Assembly: GCF_009834535.1 (NCBI RefSeq)
Contig: NC_045696.1
Coordinates: 20,586,001 to 20,650,000 of the forward strand
DNA length: 64,000 nucleotides
Origin: Camelus ferus
Taxonomy: Eukaryota
Reading direction: 5' to 3'
The number at the start of each line of letters is the position of its first letter. Within the stretch, counting starts at the first letter, position 1. A model generated the notes under the pieces. It did not search any database and was not told where the DNA came from. It saw only the letters and a list, made by a program, of their open reading frames with translations. Shown piece by piece: positions 53,262 through 64,000 of the stretch. The position numbers were made by a program, and so were the translations under genes.

Positions 53262-54303
53262 GAGGTGGCAGCACTACAATTGTGCATTGGCCTTGGTCCC
53301 AGTGCTGTGTGGCTCTCCAGCTGGGGCCCTACCACTGACAATCTGAACACAGTGGCAACAGGGAGAGATGAGCAACCTCAGTACTAAGAAAGCTCCAACA
53401 GTAGCAACACAGACACTGGAAAGAGCTATCTTCGAATTAAGAAAGACTGGTGTCTTACATATGTGCTCAGCCCCTTCCTTCCAATATTCATGAATGGCAC
53501 TATGGTCCAGATGCATCTGTATTTAACATGTGTCAGATTCAATCAACTGCAGATGGAAAATATCTGGGAAAAAAATTCCATATAGCTCCAAAAAAACAGA
53601 ACTTGAATTTACCACCACAGGCAACTCTTTAAATAGCATTTACAACTATTTACTATTTACAATTATTTACATAGCATTTTTACTGTATTAGGTATTACAA
53701 GTAATCTAGAGATGGCTTAAAGTTTAGGGGAGGATGTGCAAAGGCCATTTGCAAATACTAACCCATTTTAAATAAGGAACTTGAGCATCCTCCAATTCTG
53801 CAGGGGTTTGGAGTCAATCCCTGGCAGTTATCAAGGGATGACTATATATGCTCTGAGGCCCTGGGATGAACCTTTTTGAAGGTGGCTGTTATTATGGATG
53901 ACTAATTTTTCTCAGATAATTTCCTTTTAAAACTTCTAGTATTTATACAGTGACTCCCAATGGAAGATTTAAGTGCAATACAATACTGAGTCTTTCCATC
54001 ACATATTTCCACCCAGATAACCTAGCCTGGTCCATCGCCACCATGTTGTCTCAACATCCTTAGCTTCATGATGGAGAAGTACCCACCCTGGGCAGTAGAG
54101 AGACTTGAGACAACTGGCAACACAAAGTTTAATGTTTATCTTAAAAGACAAAGTCTTTTCTGAATTATTGCTTGAAGTCATGGAGGAAATTAAACAAAAA
54201 TATAAAGCACAAGACAACTCGGTAACAAATCCCAGGCTTTCTCCTTCCCAGACCTGGTTCAGACAGAGAGGGAGATTCACCATGGCCAGAAGGGGCTTCA
54301 GTT
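53262..54303 (+). pseudogene. UBE2J2: Processed pseudogene of ubiquitin-conjugating enzyme E2 J2; disabled, split by a transposon, 3'-truncated
   Basis: ATG at 53368: MSNLSTKKAPTVATQ..YLRIKKD..YICAQPLPSNIHEWHY [MER2 insert] [90 protein letters not shown]. Colinear with recalled UBE2J2 ([74 protein letters not shown]...). No introns; stops and frameshifts. Confidence 0.95.
53503..53844. mobile_element. MER2/MER2B-like Tigger MITE inside the pseudogene
   Basis: agattcaatcaactgcagatggaaaatat...gtattaggtattacaagtaatctagagatg...ggaacttgagcatcc...aagggatgacta. TA duplication 53501-53502 / 53845-53846 within the Tyr codon of EWHY. Confidence 0.92.
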
Positions 54304-54680
54304 CTGGAGGCCAGACATCCTAGATCAAGATGTCAGTAAGGTTGGTTCTTTCTAAGGACTGCAAGGGAAAATTCTGTCTTTATCTATCTCCTAGATTCTG
54401 GTGGTTTGCTGTCAATCTTTGGTGTTCCTTGGTTTCTGCTACATCAACTTCTATCTTCATCTTCACATGGTAATTCTTCCTTGTATGTGTGTCTGTGTCC
54501 AAATTTCTCCCTTTTTATAAGGACACCAGGTGTATTTGATTAAGGTCCACCCATAACCAATAGGCCCTCATCTCACATAATTATATCTGCAAGAACACTG
54601 TTTTCCAAACAAGGACACATTCTGAGGTAGTAGGAGTTACGACTTCAACTTATGAATTTTTGCAAGACACAATTCTATGC
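54298..54680 (-). mobile_element. MaLR LTR, MLT1C-like, lacking its 3' terminus
   Basis: cagttctggaggccagacatcctagatcaagatgtcag...ttttataaggacacc...ccaaacaaggacacattctgaggta. Confidence 0.88.
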
Positions 54681-57199
54681 GGAGCAGAAAATGCAATGGA
54701 TTAAAACACATAAAACATGTAAATGCTGGAAGAGATCCTTACAAAATGAATCAGCTTATAAACGTGTGAAAAGGTACTCAACTTCATTATTCAACAGGAA
54801 TCTGCAAGATGAAATTAAATTTCCATATACCACCACTAAAATGGATCAAGTGAAAAAGAATGGTAATAGTAGGTGTTGTCCAGGATGTGGAGTAACTGGA
54901 ACTCTTACACATTGGTGATGGTAGCGTTAAGTCAGTACAACTGGTTTGGAAAACTCATTGGCATCCTGTACTAGAACTAAGTGTTCAGCAATTTCATTCT
55001 CAAGTATGTGTTGTAGCAGCACTGCTTGAAATAGACAAAAGCTTAAAAAAAAAGCCCGTTAACAGTGTGTTTGAGCATTTATATACGTATATATATTCAT
55101 ATATGTATAGATACATATATGTATATATGTTTTTACAAATTTATAAAAAGAAACATATATAAGGAGATAAGATAACTACTGCTTGGATGCATCTCACAAA
55201 AAAGTTTGAGTAAAAGATGCCAAACACAAAAGAATACATATAGTAAAATTCCATTAGTACAACATATAAAAATAGACCAAATCATTTATGGTGTTAAACA
55301 TCAGAGAGGTTATTATATTGGTGAAGAACTAACAATTCTGGGAAGAACCTAGCGAACCTGGGGGTGGCTTCTGGGAGCTTATGATGCTTTATTTCACTAT
55401 CTAACTGCTTGTTATATAGAGAATTCACTGTGTTAAAACCCATCCACCTGTATATTATGATTTTTGTACAGCTTCTGAAAGAATATTATGCTTCAATAAG
55501 GATTATTTAAAATAATGGAAAGCTATTATCTACTGTAATTTCCAAAGTCACTTACAAAAGATTCACAGAATAAATGAAATCTTTCTATATATTCAGCTGA
55601 AGAATAAATCTGTGTTTCAAATGAATGAATTTGTTTTTAATAAAAAAGATGAACAAACATGTAAAACATAATATGATGTTTCTTTTTAAATTATCTTTGT
55701 GCTTTAGTTGCAAGCAACACTGGAATAAAAAATACACATTTTCACACATGAGTTCTTCAATATTTTTCACTTTATCTTATTGTATTATTTTCTAATGAAT
55801 TCACTGTTTCATTACAAAGAAACAATGCTTTGAAATACTGGGATACTAACATATATTCATTTACTAAAAGTATGTTTTCGAACTCAGCACAAGTACTCTC
55901 TCTATATACCCAGTGAAAAGTTCTCCTGTGGCTCTTAGTTTATGGGAAGTACGCTTAGGTTTCAAATCCAGCTTCTGGACTCACTGATGAGGTTTTGTTG
56001 TTGTTTGTTTATTTAATTAATTTTTTACCTTTTAACATTTTTACCTTTTAACCACCTACTGTATCTTTAATACGTTTTATTTAAAGTTGTTGAAGCCATT
56101 TCTGTTGCTCCCACTATTTCAGACAACAGAAAGTGTACTCAGATCTGTTTGTACATTAGGATATTTACACTTAGATTCAGTTTTGGGTCAAAAATATGTA
56201 ACTATGCATAATTAAAAATAAACTTAAAGACAGGATCAAATACTTGTAAAAATGTATTTTTTCTTTCTCCATAGCCCATAACTAACACTTATTTCCATAT
56301 TTTGATCATGAGCCTAGCTGTGATCTCACAGTTTTCTTAACACAATACTATAGAAATAAAAATTAAAAATTCAGAATTGGCCTTAGATGAAAACATTATT
56401 CATTCAAACTAAAGAGAAGTAAGGTATATTTCAGTGAGATAAAATAGTGTATACATATTCTTGTGGTTAAAATCTCTCCTATATTTTTTACCTAAAATGA
56501 ATGTTATAAAATATTTCTTAGTGAAGAAAGAAGATTGGATATCCAGGGCCCTCATTTTATGTTTTATTTTAGAGTTTAGGTTGAACATTGAACTAAAATA
56601 TAAATATACATGCAATATACAGATACATTCATTTGCACTACATGTAATCTGTATATGGAATATATATAATGTAGTGCACATGTGTATATATCTAAAATAG
56701 GATGCATAAAGCAGCACAGCTAACGTATCCTTGTGGAGAGGATTCACTTCTGTCATGTTCCCAAAGACTTCTAAATCTCTGGGTATGGTGGTTGAGAAAA
56801 AGGAAGAACAAAGACAATTAACTTAAAACAAAGCTGGGGTTTTTAACTCTTGCAATCCCCAGACCCACACATCTGTAGCTTACCCTGACTTAATTTGATA
56901 ACTATAGTTTTATTTTTTTAAACTATTTATTCCACGTTTTTTTAATTCTTTGTTGGAAACCTGATAAAATGGGTTATTTCTTGGAGCAAGGGTAACCTAA
57001 CTCTTTTTTTCTGAATTATCTGGGTCTAATTCATTACCACCTTAATAGAAGTAATTCTCCATTGACCAAATCTACTGAGCAAAGGAGTATTAAGAATGCT
57101 AGTGAATCCCTGGGGGGTTCTTTTTGCTCCCAGTTTGCAGCAGTGTTAGTTTCAGCTTGTAGCAGTGTTAGTTCACAACCTTCTCAGGAGCTTCCCTTG

Positions 57200-58199
57200 T
57201 GTAATCTGAAACCTGCCCTGTACGTGGAGTTTTAAGAAAGAGGCAGCCACTCCAGATTGGTAGGTGGCAGCTTTAAGAAGCAAGGGAGGAATCTTCACAC
57301 TGTCCAGCAATCCCACTCCTGGGCATATATCCAGTTCAAAAAGATACATGCACCCTAGTGTTCATAATAGCACTATTTACAATAGCCAAGACACGGAAAC
57401 AACTTAAATGTCCATCAACAGATGACTGGATAAAGAAGTTGTAGTGTATTTCTACAATCAGATATTACTCAGCCATAAAAAATAATAAAATAATGCCATT
57501 TACAGCAAATGGATGGACATGGAGATTGCCATATTCTAAATGAAGTCAGAAAGAGAAAGAAAAATACCATATGATATCACTTAGATGTGGAATCTTAAAA
57601 AAAAAATAAAAAGACAAATGAACTTATTTATAAAACAGAAACCAACTCACAGGTAGAGAAAACAAACTTATGACTTACTGGAATTGGGAGGAGGGGGGAT
57701 GGATAAATTGGGAGTTCAAGATTTGCAGATATTAACTAATAAATATATAATAGATAAACAATAAGTTTATACTGTATAGCACAGAGAACTATATTCAATA
57801 TCTTGTAGTAACCTATAATGAAAAAGAATATGAAAACGAATATATGTATGTATGTGTATGACTGAACTATTATGCTGTACACCAGAAATTGACACATTGT
57901 AAACTGACTATATGTAAATTAAAAAAAAAAAAAAGCAACAAGGGAACTTTCAAAGCTTGTCTTGGGCAGCTGCAAGAGAGGCTTTAACTGGGTTCAATCA
58001 TGTACACAGTCCAGATGGTCTCAGCATCATTTTACTATCTCAAGGCTGTGTCTTTGGGTAGCTCCTAGCTTGGGGTAGACAATCAGAGCACACATTTGAA
58101 GGGATGGGGGGTGCATGGTGGTGCCAACAGCCTCCACATACTTGGTCCAGCTTACAGGTCAGACTGGAGGTCACATATTTTTTATTACCTCCTTAAACA
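57200..58199 (-). mobile_element. ERV solo LTR interrupted by a young L1
   Basis: Left part tgtaatctgaaacctgccctg...aagcaaggga. Right part aagggaact...cttggtccagcttacaggtcagactggaggtcaca...ccttaaaca. Family not identified. Confidence 0.65.
57304..57934 (+). mobile_element. Young camelid-type L1 ORF2 end and 3' UTR with poly(A)
   Basis: ccagcaatcccactcctgggcatatatcc...tatgctgtacaccagaaattgacacattgtaaactgact, A14 tail. Imperfect TSD aagaagcaaggga / aagcaacaaggga. Confidence 0.93.
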
Positions 58200-60200
58200 G
58201 GCAGCATCCCAGCTCATGCTTGGTAATGAGAATTATTCACCTTGGCCACTAAATCCAATGACCCCTTTTTCTGCCTGTTGGATTAGTGACATGAAATTTC
58301 AAAAACATTGGAGACTGGGTGAGAAGTCAGTCTCAGTTTCCAAACCATTGGAGATATGAAACTTTTCCTAGGGGATTTATCTGATCATCGAGCACCAAAG
58401 CATCCAAATACTCCAAGCAATTAGATTCAGGATTTGGAATAAAAAAATATCTGAAGTAGATAATTAGTTGTAACAGTGAGAAGGCCCACATCCCTGTCTT
58501 CCGCCTGATTCTTGGACCCATGCTGTTTGGCTAAGGAGTAGATGTCATCACATCTAACCTATCAGGCGTGGGTCCTATTACTAAGTCTTTAGTACATTAT
58601 TCCATTATTCTATTAAACCTGCTCTTTCTGACCATGTGTTCAAAATAATGAATCCTGTATGTGTGATCCCAGTGTTACACTCACTTTACCCTAAGGTATG
58701 CAGAGATGTTCTATGGGATTACGTGTTGAAGGATAAGGCATTCTGTAAGATCATGAGTGGTGATAATGGCAGAAGCACTGCAGACAGGAAGCGAATTTAA
58801 TATTTCGAATATATTTAAATCCATGAGAGCAAACCTCTGCCCCTCTCATGATAAAATAGTCCAATAGAGTCAACTTTCCTGCAGGTTAGGGTTATTATCC
58901 CTGAGGAAAGATTGTCCTTTAGGGCTGAATGTCAGTAGGTTAGGCACTTATTAGTGACAGTAAACAGATCATTCATGGTGAGAAGAAATCCATGTTTTAG
59001 TGCTAATGAATTGCCTCTATCTTTTCCACCATGGTCAGTTTGTACATGGACCCACACTATAAAAATGAGGGTGCCTGGGGGAAAGGACACACATATGTCC
59101 AAATAACTCACAACTGACCAGTATAAAATTTCTATTCTCCCTGAATCTTTAGATTTCTTCTTCTTCAATACTCCAGGAATAATTCAGAATTTCTCACTGA
59201 CTAAAGGTCATGTTGGAGTTCAGGATGTAATTAACCAACTTAATCCACACAATTCCCCAGTGCTTAAACCAATCCCTAATCCTGATTTGGTGTATCCATA
59301 TCAATACATTTACCTACTTTCATATTTTGTCCTCCTTGGTCAAACATCTCTTAAGTCTACTCCCATATATGTTCCCTCAACTCCTGCTGATACAAATTGG
59401 CAAGGCCATGTTATTCTTTTAGTGTGTGGTCTACTTTGTCCCAGATCACTTCTTGTACTTTTCCATCTGGACTTTGATGGGTTCCAATTTTTAAAGACTG
59501 AAGGCAGAATGAGTAGTTGTAGCAGTGAATTTTGACTAGAATAAGCATCTCCTCATGAAGAAACTCTCTGGTGAAGTCATTGGAAGAATTTTATGAAGAG
59601 AAAGCCAATTTCCAAGACAAGGAACATCTGAGTTATTTTGGAGATCAAAATTATCACCCTCATCTGTGTCTGCCCAAATGTTTTGATACAATATCTCAAT
59701 ATTCCACTCTTCCTCCTGTGTATTTATTTTTAAGTGTGTATTTAATTGGCATTTCAACTCTGCAGCCCTGAAAAGAAGTCTCTTGGTTTGGTTAATAGCC
59801 GCATTAAACAAGATTTTTGATTTATCATGTGTGTTCTAAATTTGATATTTAAGACCTTTATACTGATTCTCTTCCACTCCCTATTGGAAAGTTGAAATAA
59901 GTTAAACCATGTAGAATGTTTATAATTGCCACAACTACTGGATCATTCAACCCCTGCCTTTGCCTGTGTTCCATTCTATACCAACAGCAGCGATGCTATT
60001 TGTATCAGTGATATCATAATGTTCTACTTGCTTCTAGCATTAGAGGTTATCCATGTGTGCTATAACAAGTATCTGATAAGAAACAGGTAGTATATGCAGA
60101 AAGAGTAATTTAAAATGCCTTAATGAAAAGATGGCTAATTAAAGTATAGGTAGGAATGATGTAGTACCCTGGGGCTATCTACAGAGGAGAAACATTATTA
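58200..60200 (-). mobile_element. Degraded ERVL internal region (integrase and gag pieces) with an adjacent LTR33-like end
   Basis: tatgggattacgtgttgaaggataaggcattctgtaag...ggcagaagcactgcagacagg...ctctgcccctctcatgat resembles antisense ERVL integrase; atgtagtaccctggggcta LTR-like at ~60160. Confidence 0.7.
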
Positions 60201-60383
60201 AAAATACCTAGTATTCACTATCTAGTATCCACAATGATTGCTTCATCTAAGAGGCATTATTCTTTTCTAACTGCTACATTTGTTTGTATAAATTTAAAAA
60301 GAGAGATTAATACTATATTTGTTAGATATAATATAGTAAACTATAAACACAGATTGTGTACTCCAAATGTGTAGCAGCTAATG

Positions 60384-60838
60384 TTAGGGTTTTTCTCAGT
60401 TGCACATATCCAAAATATGTGACTTCAGCAAGGTAGAGTTATTTTTCCCTCATAGTAGGCAAAACCTAGACAGCTTAATGGTGATAAAGCCTAATGGTGA
60501 TAAAGTGTCTACGTCCAGAAGTCTTCAGAGATTGAGGTTCCTTTGTGTTCAACAATCCATCCCCCATTAAAGATGGTGTCCATAGCTCCAGGCAATAGGA
60601 ACAAAGAAAAAGTCTTCATTTGAACTATCTTTCATAGGGTGTTCTTAGAAGTTTTCTTGTGACAGTTTCCATCACTTCTCATCTGCAAGAACTTAGTCAC
60701 AGGTCAGATCTCATGAAGACAGACTGAATACTATATATTTTTAATCTTTGGTGGTTGTATTAACAGCAAAAGAGTTCTCTTACCATATAGGAGGGGAACA
60801 CATTTATTGGAGTTCAACTAGTTGTCTATGACTCACAA
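60384..60838 (-). mobile_element. Old MaLR LTR (MLT1J-like)
   Basis: aagatggtgtccatagctccaggca...tctcatctgcaagaacttagtcacaggtc; small internal duplication taatggtgataaag x2. Confidence 0.7.
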
Positions 60839-62449
60839 CAACACTGACAAATTCTAACCTAAGGCAAAATAAACATGAGTAGGAAAAGCTCTAGATAAGT
60901 ATTTTTGAGTTTTATATTTGACACAGGCAAGCCATTGAATTACTGTTCAAGAAACATCAGAATAGGGAAAATGATTTTCATACAAATAATCTATTATAAA
61001 TATACTCATACTTGAAAGAGAGCCCTAGGGTCATTATATTGCAAAAACTGTTGTGAAAAATAAAATGTTTGAACTTCCATTAATATACTTCTTTTCTTGA
61101 AACCATCATTATATTTTTCATAAGAATAACTTTTCTAATTCACTGACATTCCATACTTTGTGCAAGTAAATGTAATTTTGTTTATGGACATTAGTATTTA
61201 ATATAGCTCATATATAAAATTTGGTGATTTAAAAATTATCTCTAAATGATTTAATATTATAATATCATTTTGACCATTTAAGGGTATTATTTACATACTG
61301 TGAATTATAAGAAGAATTAAAATGAAATCAGTAACACCATCATGATTTAAGAAAACAAACAGTATATAATGGACAATGGCTTTATATTTTGATTCAAAAC
61401 ATTAAAAAAATCTTCAAAATCATAAACAACATTGTTACATGTGTCCTTAATTATTCTAACATTAGATAACAAAATTCACCATTCTGGTGTTTTCCTGCTT
61501 CTGTTTCTTCTTTTAGTCACTGATGTTTTCCAACTGAACTTGATTTCCCAGATTAAAAAATAAACATTAAAAAATGCCACGTGATAAAACTTGAGGTTTC
61601 CTTTTCTTCCCCCCATAGAGCTGTCTCTCAAAGATGAGGGTGATTTCTTTTAAGGGTAGTAAATACTTAAATAAATAAATACTACAAAGGGCAGCATTTA
61701 AGGAAGTAAGAAAGCACTGTAACCCACGCATCATAAAATCGTTAACTATAAGTAATACTGTTGATATAAACCAAAAAAGAAAAATGGCTATTGTTTCTTA
61801 ATGAAAACTATGAAATCTGTTAAAATGTAAACATTATTTTGCTTAGGGAAACTAAGAAACTTTGTATTTCATTTACCAAGTTAGGAATAAAACGTGATTT
61901 TTTTTCAGGTAAGTTATCAAGATAAAATTTGAAAAATGGACAAGTAAGGCAGAAATAACAACAAACAGGAAATAAACCAAAAATCATTCATGACACAAAA
62001 ATAACAGTTATATATATATCAGACAAAATGAAAGGGCCATATAATTTTTACTAAAACCTGCATCAGATACCACTGAAATATGTTAATCTCTAATGATTCA
62101 TCTTTGAAGTAGTTTAGAAAGGATGACTCTATTAAGCTATAATGAATTTGAATTACAACACATTTTATAATGTATATCTACTTGTAGAAAAGTTTACAAA
62201 ACAGAAAATATTAAGGAAGTCATCCTAACAAACTGAAGAGATGATTTTAGGCAACAACCAGACATTTACTTAGGTGTGATTCAAAAAACTAATTAAATAG
62301 AAATTTGTTTTATCTTTCAAAAAAATAAACTAACTCCTGTGTAATTTTCTTTTTTATATTTTGAGTTGAGGATAGTACACAATGATCTCTGAGCTTTCAT
62401 ATTTGGAAATGGTCCCGCCTTCCTGATAGTATCTTTTATGTTAACTTCT

Positions 62450-62599
62450 TCTTCTTCTTCTTTTTTTTTTTTTTTTTTTTTTTTGGTGGGGGAGGTAATT
62501 AGGTTCATTTCTTTATTTTTAGAGGAGGTACTGGGGATTGAACCCAAGACTTCATGCATGCTAAACATGCGCTCTACCACTTGAGCTATACCCTCCCCC
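62450..62599 (-). mobile_element. Vic-1-type camelid tRNA-derived SINE, full length
   Basis: Reverse complement GGGGGAGGGTATAGCTCAAGTGGTAGAGCGCATGTTTAGCATGCATGAAGTCTTGGGTTCAATCCCCAGTACCTCC, AT-rich body, long poly(A)+(GAA)n. A and B boxes present. Perfect 11-bp TSD tgttaacttct (62439-62449 / 62600-62610). Confidence 0.93.
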
Positions 62600-63726
62600 T
62601 GTTAACTTCTACAAGAGTAAAATAATGAGGAATTAAACAATACACACATTAAAAATCGCCTCCGTAGTAGAAATGATAATGCTTTGCAACTGATAAAAAT
62701 TGGCAAGTCCATATGAGGAAAACATTATTCATAATTTTTGGTTAGCAGGTGGCTTTATATACATTATTCACTGATTCCTATATTCATTTTATCATTTGCT
62801 CTCTTATTTCTCAATTCTTAATTCATTCCATAACACATTCATTTATCTTAAAATCTTCTTAAGCGCCTACTCTGTACTCTGTACTTAGCTCTATATGCAC
62901 AGGCATTAAATATTTTGCTTCTGTGCAGCAATTCAGCAGGAAAAAACAGTATTGAAGGGGATGGTAATCAATCCCACCTACATCCACAAAAAAGAATTGG
63001 ACTCAATATTAATTTGGGAAGCTGTCGGTTTGAGATATGATAACCATTGCAGAAAATGCAGGAAAATAACATATAAATGAATATGAATGAGCAATAATGC
63101 TGAGTGAATAGACTATAAAAACGGACACATTTTTCACCAGCATTTTTATTTTTATGGAAATACTAAATGCCTTGTGTTTGAATATATTTGATATGGAGAG
63201 AATATAGAGCAAATAATTCACCTAGAAATTGCAAATACAAATAACAAAATAAGCAATAAAACATTCATATAAAATGTTTTTATATATTGAAATATTATTT
63301 TAAAATAAAAACAACTTTTTTAAAGTTTAATTTTGTTTTCAGAAATGGTTTTAGATAGACTTACAAGTAGTGAGTTCAAAAAAACTAAGAAAAGGCACAT
63401 AACTGCAAATTACTAAATTGAAATGGAAAATTAAATTTCTTAATGTTGAATTTAAATGTGACAATAATCTCTTATGTCATGGTCATTATGTTAACTTTGT
63501 AGAATTTTAAGATATTAAGTTTCTTTTTCCAACCTCTTACTCTATTAAGTTCTAGTTCACCAGCCACTCTTGATAACTGTTTTGATGATTTGTATTCTTT
63601 CTCTGCAAAAACTGAGCCATCATTTAGCAGTTGATATCCGTGATAAAATGTCACTTTCATTTAAATGTTAGTTTCTTCTTTCACATTGAGGTTGAAACTA
63701 TGTTGGGAGAAGAGTTCTTTATCACC

Positions 63727-64000
63727 ATAAGGAGCTGAATTGTGTCCTTCAAAAATTCAGTCGTTGAAGTCCTATACTTCAGAATGTGACCTTATTTGGG
63801 AATAAGGCTGTTGCAAATATGGTTAGTTAAGTGAAGATGAGGTCATACAGGAGCACAGTGGGCTTCAATACAGCATACATGGTGTCCTTATAAAAAGGAG
63901 AAGTCAGCCTTCACACAGTTGCCATGTGAAGATGAAGGCAGAGATCAACTCGATGTAGCAGAAGTAAGAGTATCAAAGACTGTCAGAAAACCACCTGAAG
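63727..64000 (+). mobile_element. MaLR LTR, MLT1C-like, runs off the window end
   Basis: gctgaattgtgtccttcaaaaattc...cagaatgtgaccttatttgggaataagg...gccatgtgaagatgaaggcagagat. Confidence 0.88.

Larger units (their letters stand above)
51860..55500 (+). mobile_element. Old L1M ORF2 to 3' UTR host element, interrupted by an LTR, a pseudogene and an MLT1
   Basis: tactggaggtcatagccagtgcaataaag (51868); aaagaagacctaaataaat...caatattgtaaacatg; resumes ~53128-53260 and ~54690-55500 (ggatgtggagtaactggaactcttacacattggtg). Confidence 0.8.

Noticed and set aside
53368..54323. Functional UBE2J2 coding gene or retrogene
   Set aside because: In-frame stops, frameshifts, a transposon insertion, loss of the catalytic Cys and no C-terminal anchor.
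54623..54634. 12-nt match to the let-7 5' end (TGAGGTAGTAGG)
   Set aside because: It lies within MLT1C sequence, the match stops at 12 nt, and no precursor hairpin is evident.
62525..62599. tRNA-Ala-like gene on the minus strand
   Set aside because: It continues into an AT-rich body and poly(A) and is bounded by a TSD, so it is a SINE head, not a tRNA gene.
1..64000. CRISPR array, operon or other novel multi-gene system
   Set aside because: The sequence is mammalian and repeat-dominated, with no regularly spaced repeats and no long ORFs; nothing supports such a system.

Overview
AT-rich, repeat-dense mammalian genomic DNA, probably intergenic or deep-intronic. It is almost certainly camelid (camel/alpaca/llama): it has a Vic-1-type tRNA-derived SINE, five copies of a young camelid-type L1 3' UTR and an artiodactyl Tigger1 MITE, and I saw no ruminant or pig SINEs. 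I found no intact protein-coding gene, RNA gene or prokaryote-type system. The supplied ORFs are chance frames or pieces of repeats and pseudogene. The one recognisable gene-derived sequence is an old processed pseudogene of UBE2J2 (~53262-54303, +). It is split by a MER2-type DNA transposon, cut off at its 3' end by an MLT1 LTR, and preceded by a same-strand ERV1 solo LTR. The rest is layered transposon debris: L1M, L2, MIR, MaLR including an LTR-int-LTR remnant, ERVL, ERV1 solo LTRs, and Tigger and hAT elements. The least explained feature is a ~1.1 kb GC-rich block (~35740-36835) in ~30% GC surroundings. Repeat family names come from recalled consensus sequences and need RepeatMasker/Dfam confirmation. 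Boundaries without a stated target-site duplication (TSD) are approximate.
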